From contig OX597823.1 in the NCBI GenBank assembly GCA_951406725.2, positions 43,648,001 through 43,712,000 on the forward strand: a DNA stretch of 64,000 nt, given 5' to 3'. Position 1 is the first letter of the stretch. The number at the start of each line of letters is the position of its first letter. The translations under genes were made by a program, and so were the position numbers. The notes beneath the pieces are model-generated. The model saw only the letters and a list, made by a program, of their open reading frames with translations. It was not told where the DNA came from and did not search any database. Below, in pieces: positions 27,510 to 40,085 of the stretch. The stretch is from Octopus vulgaris. Taxonomy: Eukaryota.

Positions 27510-27547
<38 letters not shown>

Positions 27548-27549
<2 letters not shown>

Positions 27550-27896
27550 TAATTCAAATGTCGCCATCCATAGGACCAATTTATCTTTTTTATAAGAAAC
27601 AGTTTATAAGAACAGTTTTTTTATATTTAACAGGCTCTATATGGTGACCATTGTTTTGAATACACATTGCAATACGTTTACCCCACTCATGGTGAACTCA
27701 TAATAGCACATCTGGGGATATGTGTGTAAATGAGTTGATGATGCGTTCCTTTAAATCATTTATATGTTTTATCCTTCAAATGCCCCCAAAATAGAAATCA
27801 AGAGGGGTCAGATCAGAAGACCTCGGGGATCTTATAAGCTATCTCTTATAAAAACCTAAATTTTTCCTATATATGGAGACTTTTGAATCACCTTGT
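27548..27896 (-). mobile_element. Internally deleted Tc1/mariner-superfamily element retaining the transposase C-terminus
   Basis: Imperfect TIRs (ggtaattcaaatgtcgccat and atggagacttttgaatcacc) in TA tracts. Minus strand encodes PRSSDLTPLDFYFGGHLK...DLKERIIN...CIQNNGHHIE. Confidence 0.8.
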
Positions 27897-27900
27897 CTAT

Positions 27901-27957
<57 letters not shown>

Positions 27958-28222
27958 CATACATACATACACATACATATAAATATACGAATATGTGTGT
28001 ATATGTATGTATATATATATATATATATATATATGCATACACACAAACTCACACACACACACAAACACACATACATACATATGCATTTGATGTCGTGAGA
28101 TCTATATAGTTTTACGAGATTATGAAAGAACAGTTTTAGAAGTGAATCTTGAAGTATAGGTTAAGTTATAAATAATAGCATATTCGTTTTTAATCCCAAT
28201 ATTTACATGCTGTTATTTATAG

Positions 28223-28385
28223 GTTTAACAGTTTGTATCAAAAGCTTTGTTATATTTCAAGCTTTAATTTATATTTCAAACAAAATTACATATGAAATGC
28301 GGTTGTTTTTCAAAATATGTCGCTTCGTATTTTATTGTCTGTTGCCGTTACTGTGCCAAGCTTATACTATTTGGCTGCTTTTGAA
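28223..28385 (+). CDS. Putative coding exon C (xLTVCIKSFVIFQALIYISNKITYEMRLFFKICRFVFYCLLPLLCQAYTIWLLL+)
   Basis: ttatttatag| acceptor, GAA|gtaaat donor, 163-bp open hydrophobic frame, phase 1 to 2, fitting both neighbours. Confidence 0.5.
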
Positions 28386-28984
28386 GTAAATATATACCTG
28401 CATCCGTTTTCAACCACATCCACATTATTGAATTTCGAAAAATGCGATTATCTGCCGGTGCAAAATCTGGATTGGAGTGAGGCTGAGGCAGCATTTCCAG
28501 TTCCTCGAGTTCAAGTCTGCGCTTGGTAACAATTCGCAGAGTGTACTGTTGTAGAAGTGCCCGTGTTCCACTGACCTACCCGGACTGCAAGCTTTCAAAG
28601 CATCATATACTCGCTGCAATTGTTAAGTAGAAAGGTTAGCATTCATAGTATGACCATCTGGGAAATGCTCGAAGTGCAACGACCGCTCGAAATTTCACCA
28701 AACACACAAAATGATCTTCAGTTTCTACTGCCCTTGTTTGACAATGGGTCGTGATGACTGGCTGGAATGAAGCCACTGATTTCTCTTAGGGAGATTACGA
28801 AAATAAATCCATTTTTCATCCCTTGCTACATTTTAACGCCAAAACACAACCAACTAGAGCAATTACCAACAATCGTTTGCGGATGTTCACACGTCATAGA
28901 CACTGCTCGTTGTTTTGTTCATGATTATATTCTCGATAGCGTCTATTCACAAGGCCGAGATTATGTATATGTCGATTGATGGTG

Positions 28985-29259
28985 CTTTGTGAAGGGTCAA
29001 GTGCTGCAAACAGTTCACGAGTGTTTGTCATTGGCTGCTATTCAACCAATTCTAGCAAAGCCACATTTTCCAGCTTGGTTTTTCTTCGAGGATGACGTCA
29101 CTTTCTTTGATTCACCTGAACCAGTTTTGTGTCACACATTCGTTGACAGTTCCTGTTCCCTCCAGTTCATTAATTTCTTTTGCTCGCTGCCATTGCACTC
29201 AGTCCTTTTTTCCACAGGTAGCACTAAATCACTATAATTTCAATTTTTTGAATACTCAT
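28985..29259 (-). pseudogene. Mariner transposase N-terminal HTH relic in the inverted-repeat spacer
   Basis: MSIQKIEI...YLWKKGLSA...GTGTVNECVTQNWFR*IKESDVILEEKP resembles the mariner WF.RF..GD..LED.PRSGRP region. Confidence 0.75.
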
Positions 29260-29874
29260 TAATGGAGCTGTAAAATAAAGAATAAATAATTCAGTACGAT
29301 TGTACAAGTAGTTGAATCAAATTAATGATATAATGTGCAGTTGGGATTTTCCAAAACTTATCGGTGAGAATACAACAACATCTGCAAACGATTGCTGATA
29401 ATTGCTCTAGTTGCCTGCTTTTTTTGGCGTTGAAATGTAGCAAGGGGTGAAAAAGGGATCTATTTTCTCAGTAAGAGAAATCAGTGGCTTCATTCCAGCC
29501 AGGCATCACGACCCATTGTCAAACAAGGGCAGTAGAAACTGAAGATCATTTTGTGTGTTTGGTGAAATTTCGAGCGGTCGTTGCACTTTGAGCATTTCCC
29601 AGATGGTCATACTGTGAATGCTAACCTTTCTACTTAACAATTGCAGCGAGTATATGATGCTTTGAAAGCTTGCAGTCCGGGTAGGTCAGTGGAACACGGG
29701 CACTTCTACAACAGTACACTCTGCGAATTGTTACCAAGCGCAGACTTGAACTCGAGGAACTGGAAATGCTGCCTCAGCCTCACTCCAATCCAGATTTTGC
29801 ACCGGCAGATAATCGCATTTTCCGAAATTCAATAATGTGGATGTGGTTGAAAACGGATGCAGGTATATATTTAC

Positions 29875-30037
29875 TTCAAAAGCAGCCAAATAGTATAAGC
29901 TTGGCACAGTAACGGCAACAGACAATAAAATACGAAGCGACATATTTTGAAAAGCAACCGCATTTCATATGTAATTTTGTTTGAAATATAAATTAAAGCT
30001 TGAAATATAACAAAGCTTTTGACACAAACTGTTAAAC
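29875..30037 (-). pseudogene. Antisense duplicate of putative exon C with its splice sites
   Basis: Mirror of 28223-28385 with 2 substitutions (I>V, F>L). Confidence 0.5.
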
Positions 30038-30088
30038 CTATAAATAACAGCATGTAAATATTGGGATTAAAAACGAATATGCTATTAT

Positions 30089-30320
30089 TAGAAACTGAAG
30101 ATCATTTTGTGTGTTTGGTGAAATTTCGAGCGGTCGTTGCACTTTGAACGATTCCCAGATGGTCATACTGTTAATGCTAACCTTCCTACTTAACAATTGC
30201 AGCGAGTATATGATGCTTCGAAAGCCTGCAGCCCGGGTTGGTCGGTGGAACACGGGCACTCCTACAACATGACAACGTGACAGTACACTCTGCGAATGTT
30301 ACCAAGCGCAAACTTGAACT
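30089..30320 (+). repeat. Third, more diverged partial copy of the arm sequence (direct repeat of 29533-29752)
   Basis: tagaaactgaagatcattttgtgtg...aacttgaact restarts exactly at the end of the right arm, with substitutions and a small insertion. Confidence 0.92.
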
Positions 30321-30943
30321 TTGACTCAACCTGGTATATGTGCCTCATGATCCAAAAGAGAATTATATATAAACGTGTGTGTGCACGCGCATCTGTGTGC
30401 ACGTGTGTTTAGAGAGAGGAGGAGAGAGTGAGTGTGTGTGTGAGTGAGAGAGACTGATATACTGACAGCATCAAAAGTACGTAGATGATCTACAAACATC
30501 TATTCAGAGATTGACTCAATAATAAAACAAATAGAGCAGGCAATACCCTTCGCACTATTTTAGCTGCATTGAAATCAATAAATATTAAGAGAATATCAGT
30601 GACTTGACGTTAAAAGCATTTTTTCATGAAACTTCGTTTTGATTCGGCCGAGCTTTAAACTCTGCTGCCAACTCAGATTCGTAAACTAAATGAGACTAAA
30701 TGTGAAGTACAATAGATTCGTCATAACCAAACAACGGCACCACACAAAAAGACGTCACGGAAACACGTTCTTTCACATGAGTAATCAATCAGGAGATGAT
30801 TGGAAAACAATGACAGATAAAAATCCCTATTTGAGGAAAACCAACGTGAAATCTTGATAGGACACTAACAATATTATTTCTATGCAATTAATATATATTA
30901 TAATATATAGGCATGAACATATATATATATATATATATATACA

Positions 30944-30976
<33 letters not shown>

Positions 30977-31004
30977 GTGTGTGTGTGTTTTTGTGTGTCT
31001 GTGT

Positions 31005-31150
31005 TTGCATCCCCGTAACTTAGCAGGTAGTCATAAAAGACCGATAGAATAAGTACTAGGCTTACAAAGAATATGTCATGGGGGCCATTTGCTCGATTAA
31101 AAGGTGGTGCTCCAGCATGGCCGCAGTCAGATGACTGAAACAAGTTAATA
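31005..31150 (+). mobile_element. SINE family B 3' fragment
   Basis: gatagaataagtactaggcttacaaagaat...ccagcatggccgcagtc. Confidence 0.75.
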
Positions 31151-31163
31151 AGATAAAAAAAAA

Positions 31164-31228
<65 letters not shown>

Positions 31229-31545
31229 TACATACATAATATTTATAATAGACACGCGCGAACACGCACACATATACAAATTTGTATATCTATATCTCCA
31301 TATATATATATATATATATATACATATATATGGGGCTGTGTGTAGATATAGATATGCAAATTTATAATGTATACTTATAAACGTATCCAAAGCCACAAAC
31401 TCGTGCGAGCAACTGCGTACATATATGCGTGTACATATATGTACGTTTGTATGTGTTGATATATATTTATACACATACAGATATAAATACATACATACAT
31501 CTATGCATATGTGTGTGTGCCTCTGTGTGTGTGTAGGTACATATG

Positions 31546-31579
<34 letters not shown>

Positions 31580-31824
31580 TGTATGTATGTATCTATGAAT
31601 ACATACATGTGACTGTGGAATATTCCATCACTTCAATAAGCTTGGTAGTTTCTTTGATCAAAATATTCAACATTCATGCTTGGAAATTATGACAGTTACC
31701 ATTTATATAATGTATCTTTATATTTTTGTGCCAATGGACTAGTTCCAGCATTCAATCCTTAGAAGAGCAAAGGCTGGTAAAAAAAAAAGTAAGAAAAGAA
31801 AAGAAAAGAAAAATCTCGTTATCT

Positions 31825-32234
31825 TCAATGCAAGCGGCTGAAATGAGCTTCCTTCGAATGGTCTCTGAAATAACGTTACTCGATAGAGTGCGTAGCTCGG
31901 AGATCAGTGAGTCACTCCAGTTCGGACCGCTACTTCTGAGATGTCAAAGCTGGCCTACTACGTACATGTAATTATAACGTCGCAGAAAAGGATTAAAAAA
32001 CGGATGTTTCAGGTTCTGCTAACGGACAGAAGACCTTATAGGTAGACTAAGAACGAGATTGCTGGATAATATCTATATTCCCTGTTGATCACGCTTGGCA
32101 ATCTTGTCGGAAAATTGCCGTTGTTTCTGTTAGGACCGTATGGATAAGGTGCCTGAGGATTCTATCCGCACGGCCCGTTCAGACATAACGCGAAGAGAAA
32201 ATAGATGGATGGATGGATGGATGGATGGATGGAT
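31825..32234 (+). mobile_element. RTE-clade LINE 3' end (Rex3/Expander-like) with a (GATG)n tail
   Basis: QAAEMSFLRMVSEITLLDRVRSSEISESLQFGPLLLR followed by a gatggatggatg tail. Confidence 0.75.
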
Positions 32235-32794
32235 GTATATTTATAAGGGTTCGGTTTAGAGCTTAGGATAAGATTTACGTGTAACTGTTAGTGTTTAAGG
32301 TTAGGCTTTAAAATCGGCGTTTAGAGTTAGGGTTTAGAGATTGGGTTAGGGTTTCGAGTAGAGAAAGAGGAATAAATTGTGAAGGAAATCTTTTAAAAAA
32401 TTGAATTTGTGCAATATTTTTTCATAATCCTTATTTTCCATAAATAGAAAAAGGAAGTCGGGAAAAAATTCCAAAAAGTAGACAAAATAAGTTACGATTG
32501 AGGTACAAGTTCCTAATATTTATATCTATATTTTTATGTCTGTATCTATGGGTGTGTACTCTGTGTGTATGTGCATGTGTGTGAGTGTTTGAGTGCCTGT
32601 GTCTATGCGTATATGTATATATTATATGTAAATATATGTGTGTATGTGAGCATGCGTGTGAATTGCCGGAATAAGAACTCCAAGAACAAGTTAAGCATAT
32701 CATTAACTGCTTCTATACTAATCCGTTTTAAACGTTATCGTACGTAAATAATTTAGTAAAATGTTACGCAATATTGTAGGTCAATTCAGACAGT

Positions 32795-32995
32795 GAGCTG
32801 GTAAAATCCCTTGGACATCAGGCGAAGCCCTTAGCGATATTTCGTCCGTTTTTACGTTCTGAGTTCAAGTTCCACCGATGTCGATTTTGCCTTTTATCCT
32901 TTCGGGGTAAATAGATAAGTACCAAGAGTACTGGGGTCGATGTAATCAACCTATCCCCTTCACCGAAATTTCTGGTCTTGTATCAAACTTTGAAG
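32795..32995 (+). mobile_element. SINE family A copy
   Basis: ttctgagttcaagttccaccgatgtcgattttgccttttatcctttcgggg. Confidence 0.75.
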
Positions 32996-33062
32996 CCAAT
33001 ATTTGCAGTCGGTTACATTGAAGTGTAACTTCATCAGAGTTGCATTTTAAAACGTGCTTAGA

Positions 33063-34038
33063 TGAGAGTCGGCTGAAAAGTTCATAGGTTGACCAAGAGA
33101 ACCTCATAAAATATGACCATACGAGGTTTATTTTTTAACATAGTCCCCTTTATGGTCCACACATTTTTTTCATCGGTAATGCTGTGTTTGAATCTTATTG
33201 GTGAAGAAGCTTTCAACCTGTTATTTAAACAAGTCATCAACAGCAGATACAACGTTGCCATCAATCCGATAATGCTTGCTAGTCAAGTGCCGTTAGATGT
33301 TAGAGAACAGATGATAGTCAGATGGGGCCAAATCAGAAGACTAAGGAGGATGATCAAACTGTTTAAAACCACACTCACGCACAACAGCCATTGAAACTTA
33401 TGTTCTGTGCGCTGGAGCATTGTCGTGATGAAACAAGACCCCTTTTGTCAGTTTTCCTCAGTATATTTTCTTATTAGCTTTTCATAATTACCTAAGTAAG
33501 TTGACATAGTATTTTCCATTGATGGTGTGGCCCATTTGCAGATAGTCAATTAGCACAATGTCTTTTGTATCACAAAAAAAAAGGTTCATCATCTTCTCTG
33601 TAGATGAAACCACGCTAGCCTTCTTTGGGGAAGGTTACGAGGGGTGTTTCCACCGCATGATTTGTCTCTTTGTCTCTGTCTCAAAGTGATGAAGCCAACA
33701 CTCATCCTGAGTTAGGATACATTCAAAGAAACCAGCTGTATCAATCTAAAACAACGTCAGATTTTCCCGTGATGTGATATGCTTGGTGTATTTTTTATCA
33801 GGAGCCAGAAGATGTGGCACCCACGAAGCAGAAACCTTCGGCATGCCAGGTTTATTGTACAGCATATTCAGAACTCCCTCACGGGATATACTAATAGTAC
33901 TGGGTATTTAATTTATAATCAATCACATGAGATGAAACAATGCAGTTGTCAATAAGGGTTGAAATTAATGCATGCAAGATTTCACAGCTGTAGCATCACT
34001 CTTCTATTGTCAGCCAATGAATTTTCAACCCACCTTCG
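33063..34038 (-). mobile_element. Old degraded mariner element, internally deleted
   Basis: Imperfect ~30-bp TIRs. Minus strand shows WVPHLL, HHDNAPAH, DLAPSDYHLF and CVDHKGDYVKK*. TA at 34039-34040. Confidence 0.85.
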
Positions 34039-34061
34039 TATGTGAGGTTGAGAATGTTTGC

Positions 34062-34137
<76 letters not shown>

Positions 34138-34369
34138 GTGTGTATATATATGCATATTTCATATGCAATTATATACGTAAACACACACACACACACGCAC
34201 AGATACATATACATATATATCGGATGTGTTGTCACGGCTGGAATGATTTTATGTTATTTTATATTAGAATATTAAAACGCTAGTAAAATTTTACGGCGTA
34301 CAAAAGAGCAGTCTCTCTCCCCGATACAAAGAATAAAACCATTGAGTTTCATATAACAAATTTATACAG

Positions 34370-34432
34370 AACTATTGCCTTGATATTTATTGAACAATAC
34401 ATTGGACACCGCCTGCATACTTTATTTCCCGG
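34370..34432 (+). CDS. Putative coding exon D (+[20 protein letters not shown]+)
   Basis: tttatacag| acceptor, CGG|gtaacg donor. The only open frame is phase 2 to 2. Confidence 0.45.
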
Positions 34433-34459
34433 GTAACGTCATTCAATGATATATATATA

Positions 34460-34506
<47 letters not shown>

Positions 34507-35048
34507 ATGTATGTATGTATGTACATATATGTGTGTGTATATATATATATATATATATTTGCATATATAGGCATACATAGATACATATATATAGGTATGT
34601 ATGTTTGTATGTATGTATCTATAAATAATTAAGGAGGCTTTTTCGCAAATTATAACCAAATGGCACAAGTAGAGCCGTCTGACTAGTACTTTTAGTTACC
34701 TTAGTTACATCTATATGTGTGTGTGTCTGTGTGTAAGTGTGTGTGCGTGTGTATTCGCACCTATACATACATTCATACATGCATATACATATATACACAC
34801 ACATATATGTATAAATGCATATATTACGTAATAGTAATTTTGCAATCTCTGTTTCATTTCTTTCTTTGTCAATCACGTTCCTTTGATTTTCGTGCCGTTA
34901 AATCAAAACTCGGAGTAAATTCTTTACAGTATTTAGATTCCACTGTCGTTGTTCTAAATCTTTTTATCTCGATGTGATCGATACACAATAAGTAGCAGTC
35001 AGCTACATCTTGCAATTGATTCAATCGATTTTCTTTCTTTGCTTACAG

Positions 35049-35068
35049 ATCTGTGGCCTTGCACCAAC
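35049..35068 (+). CDS. Putative 20-nt micro-exon E (+SVALHQ+)
   Basis: Strong ttttctttctttgcttacag| acceptor, AAC|gtaata donor. Phase 2 to 1 is required to join D to F. Overlaps a decayed SINE-like tail. Confidence 0.3.
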
Positions 35069-35075
35069 GTAATAA

Positions 35076-35458
35076 ATCATCATCATCAACGTCATGATCC
35101 TCATCGTCATCATCATAATATAAATTATGGTCATGGTCATCATCATTATCATCATCTCACCACCACCACCATATTCATCGTTGTCATCATCGTCATTTTC
35201 ATCATCAAAATTATTGTCATTGCCATCATCTCATAATCATCATCGCCATCACCACCACCACAACCACCACCAGCAACAACAACAACGTCGTCGTCGTTGT
35301 CGTTGTTGTCATCGTTGTCATCATCATCTTTATCATCATTATTAATGTTATTGGGGTCGTCCTTATTCTTACGGTCATAATTCTTCTTATTAGTATTATT
35401 GTTAGTATTATTATATTATCACTGATATTATCATAATCATAACGATCATCATCATCAA

Positions 35459-35497
<39 letters not shown>

Positions 35498-35529
35498 TGT
35501 CATCATCATCATCATCATTATCATTATTA

Positions 35530-35579
<50 letters not shown>

Positions 35580-35647
35580 CATCATCATCATCATCATCAT
35601 TATTATTATCATTATTATTATTATCATCATCATCATCATCATCATCA

Positions 35648-35702
<55 letters not shown>

Positions 35703-36303
35703 CTTTGTTATTATTTTATTATTATCGTTTCATAATTTGCCTCGTGTGAGCTTCTTTCCTATGACAGATACTATAAATATTGCTATTACTGTCATTGATG
35801 TTGTCCTCGTTATTATATTAAGAAAAATGTAAGACTGGTACATAGAGAGAAGAAAATAAATTCAAATAATAAATAACAAAACGTATCAATATCATTAATA
35901 TCAATCATGTTCATGTTCATCAATCATCCTCATCACCCTCATCATCATCATCATCATCATCATCATCTTTATTATCGTTAACAAGGTCCATTACAATATA
36001 CGTATATCATTAGTTTTTTTTTTGGTAGCTTTTGTTGTTGTTGTTTTTAGCACGTCTGTCTTTATGTTCTGAGCTCAAGTTCTGGTGAGGTCGACTTGGG
36101 CTTTCAACCCTTTGGTGGTGTTTGAAACAAGGACCAGTCAAGTACTGCGGTGGGTGTAATCCATTAGCTCCCTCCCCATAAATTTCACGCTCTGTACCTA
36201 CAGTAAAAGTCGTTGTTATTGTTGCTGTTGTTGTTGTTATTACTATTATTATTATCATAATCATAACCATCATCATTACCCACATCAACATTATTATTAT
36301 TAC

Positions 36304-36348
<45 letters not shown>

Positions 36349-36478
36349 GCCACATCATCACTGCAATTATTATTTGTAGTATTATATTTATTACCGTTAG
36401 AGTTATTACAATTATTGTTATCACTATCATTATTGCTGTTATTGCAATGGTTGTTGTTATTATTAGTATTAATAATAT
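35076..36478. repeat. Compound trinucleotide microsatellite field (CAT/ATT/GTT/CAC)n
   Basis: Read directly, interrupted by short unique islands and a SINE remnant at about 36040-36200. Confidence 0.9.
35768..35828 (+). CDS. Putative coding exon F (xTINIAITVIDVVLVIILRK+)
   Basis: ttctttcctatgacag| acceptor, AAT|gtaaga donor, TM-like peptide, phase 1 to 2. Confidence 0.55.
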
Positions 36479-36491
36479 CATTTTTTCAAAG

Positions 36492-36549
36492 GATTTACTA
36501 CTTTGTTAGTGTTGTGGATGATGAAACGAAAGGAAAAGCTCGAAACTAA
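36492..36549 (+). CDS. Putative terminal coding exon G (M-IYYFVSVVDDETKGKARN*)
   Basis: ttttttcaaag| acceptor. AT|G joins in frame with exon F and the frame ends at TAA 36547-36549. Confidence 0.5.
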
Positions 36550-36754
36550 AAAAATATCGAAAAAGTAAACATCAAAATAAACGTTAAAGAAAGGAGTTAG
36601 GAGCAAACAAAAATAAATATATTCACATATAAACACACATGATAAATATGTATACATATATATATATATATACATACACGCGCACACACACATATATATA
36701 TATATAAATATACGCACACACGCATGTATATATATACATACTTTTGTTTGCATG

Positions 36755-36812
<58 letters not shown>

Positions 36813-37584
36813 ACATATACATGTGTGTATTTATGTGTATGTATAGATGTGTTTTAAAATATTGGTATATAAATGCATAGAAATATATATAAACATATAC
36901 TTACATATATATAAATATATATATATATATATATCGCTAGAGAGACTCACAGAGGAATACAGAAAGAAGGGGACGTGTGTGGTGTGTATATATAAATAAA
37001 AAATAACAAAAGAATAACAATAATAATAACATGAAATTCAAACGAAATCTAAATATTCCTTCATTTTGCTAAAATGTGGAGTCATCCGTTAAAAATGGTC
37101 TCGGACAGTTTATACAAATCTCATTGAGGTTCTAATACCAAAATAACATTTGTTCTTATTATTTTCTGCCAAGCAATAAACTAGCTTCTATATTTTTCAC
37201 TAAAAATGTTACTTAAAGGAAGTAAACATAACAGAGAGGGAAAAATCATATTAATCAAATGTAGCTATCTTTTTTTTTATATCTTCTTCTGAGCATTATT
37301 TTCCCCATTTTTTTTATTCCTATCCGTCGTTGGAGATTTGGTCATTTTAAAAAAAAATTATATTATATTAGTTTGTGCTCTTTTTGACAATTCTATCTTT
37401 TTTCATTTTTCCAAATTAAAATTAACATGAATAACCATAAAGCGTATAGGTATGTGCGTGTGTGTGTGTTAGCGCGCGTGTATGTATATGGGTTTACACA
37501 TAAATAGTAATATATACACATATATACATAAAAATATATATGTTTATACCTATAAATCTATACATATATATTTATACATATAGA

Positions 37585-37778
37585 AGTCTTTGGACAGATT
37601 CCTTCAAGAAATCCCGGATAAACCCCCTACACCCGGATATGTCTCTGTAAACAATAACTCTCTACTTGAGTGGGCCATAGTGCCCAAATTCTGACTTGAA
37701 AGACTTCACCAGGTGGTGCTATTAAGTTAGACATGGCCTGGGCCAATAATGGCCGAAACCTATCAAAGTATCAAAGTA
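37585..37778 (+). mobile_element. CR1-like LINE 3' end
   Basis: LDRFLQEIPDKPPTPGYVSVNNNSLLEWA C-terminus, a short 3' UTR with a ggcc...ggcc stem and a (tatcaaag)2 tail. Confidence 0.75.
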
Positions 37779-37983
37779 AGTATATAATACATATATATAT
37801 ATATATACATATTTGTGTGTGTTTGTGTGTGTATTTATGCACATACATACATATATATATATATATATATGTATGTATATATATATATGTATATATACTT
37901 TATTTTAAGCAGCAGAAAATTCAACAAAATCTGTTACTCTGAGTTTCTCGTTGCCCACCTTGTTTCACATTTATGTGTTTATG

Positions 37984-38100
<117 letters not shown>

Positions 38101-38595
38101 TTACTGGGTGCGATGTTTTGTGGAAAACAGAAACACCTGTAGTTGATGAGACATCTTAATTTAGTTGATTAAGCCAATAACTATTAAGACTGCTCTATAC
38201 TTAGCTAGGTGTTAGTTGGGGCTATGTAGACGTTTTGAGGTATATAAGAATATAAAAGTATGTGAATATATCTATGTGTGTGTGTTTGTGTGAGTGTCTT
38301 TGTGCGTACGTATTGGTCCGTATGTGTGTGTCGACGTGTGAATGTTTCTATGCTTATAGATCTGCATTTAATACATATGAATGTGTGTGTGTGTGTGTAT
38401 GTGTGTGTGTGTGTGTGCGTGCGCGCGTATAAAGTTTTCATTTCATTAAACAGATAAGCAGAGTGTTGGTTTGGAATATAAAGTGGTTTAAACGTTTGTA
38501 ATATAACAGCTCGAAATACCATCTGACGAGCAATTAATGAAGAAACTTTGAATTCCCAGCCCCTCTGATTATGTTGCAAATATAAAATTAAGAGT

Positions 38596-38633
<38 letters not shown>

Positions 38634-38761
38634 ATTGTATTCTTCTTTGTATCACATTATGACGGCAATGTTTCTTAAAATCATCAAAATATATATATAT
38701 ATATATACATATATACATATATTATATATGTATATATGCATACATATGTATATGTATACAT

Positions 38762-38800
<39 letters not shown>

Positions 38801-39061
38801 GATAGATAGATAGATAGATAGGTAGACAGATAGATAGATAGATAGAATAATAGATAGATCCAATACAAGCAAACAAGCACTTCTTATACAGATGTAAAAC
38901 CTCCAATTTTCACTGGATAACTGTTTATTTTATAATATAGTTGAAAAATGTTTTTTCAATGCAAATATGTATATATACACAATATACAATATTAAAAGGA
39001 AAATGGATAGTTTAAACTGATAATGCTAATTTATTAACATAATATTGTATTATTTTTATTA

Positions 39062-39123
<62 letters not shown>

Positions 39124-40085
39124 TTATAAAAATAAATATAATCCTTACAGTTGTTTCATTTCAAACTCAAAATCCAAAAGTTTATATTATGGAAATATTT
39201 GAGCAAGTATCTCATCAGGGAAAACTGAACGAAAATCACACATAAGAAGTTTGAGATCGTAAATCAGAATGAATCAATATATGTTTATGTTTGTAAGTGT
39301 GAGCGTCAATAATTAATTTTTTTTAAAATAAATAAATAAAAACTGATATAACGGTTATAACATCCGTGTGCATATTTAAGAATACAATTTCTACGCGTTA
39401 GTATTTTAAAACAGAAACAATTCGTCATTAATCTATGGTAAGACAATAAATATCGACTTTCAGTTCTCTACTATTAATAAAATTACATAATATCATAAAT
39501 AATTTTAATTAATTTTATCAATCATATTATAGTCGTTATTTATTAACCATACTAATGAGTACGTGAAGAATTCAATCAAAATTTACTTAGCTTTTTTAAA
39601 AAGGAAATAAATTCATGTAAGTAGCTATAGTTTCGAAAGAAATACAAGAACCGCAGAACACATATTATCATAATACAGATTGGCTAAACAAAAAACACCA
39701 ATATTTATTATTTACACAAAAATTTATCCAGAAAAATACCCTTCACCCTCACCACGCCTAGACTATATTATTATATAATAAATTCCACTGTAATCATTTT
39801 TTGTTATTTGTAATAACATGTAAGTTGAATGATTTAAAATAATTTAATAAAAAGTTTCGTATTTTTATGGGAAAATAAACTCATGTAAATTTATGTTTTT
39901 ATGTTTATGTATTCATACGTGCGAAAAAAACAAAAAAAAACAATTACATATTATTTTAATTAAATTTACTAAAGGTATTATTTTCAAACAACGCTTTATG
40001 TTGTAGTTATTAGCTAATGGCAAATCTGTTTATATAAATACGATAAGCCTTACGATCAATTTATTCAATATGTACCAAATCGCAT

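Larger units (their letters stand above)
28171..30089. repeat. Long inverted repeat: arms 28171-28887 and 29377-30089, spacer ~490 bp
   Basis: The ORF track gives mirror ORFs on both strands (coordinate sum 58260). By eye, about 6 substitutions in the outer ~615 bp, while the inner ~100 bp are clearly more diverged. Confidence 0.97.

Noticed and set aside
39200-39700. Possible mitochondrial rRNA insertion (NUMT)
   Set aside because: Only a vague likeness to a 16S motif in very AT-rich sequence. No conserved rRNA block could be confirmed.
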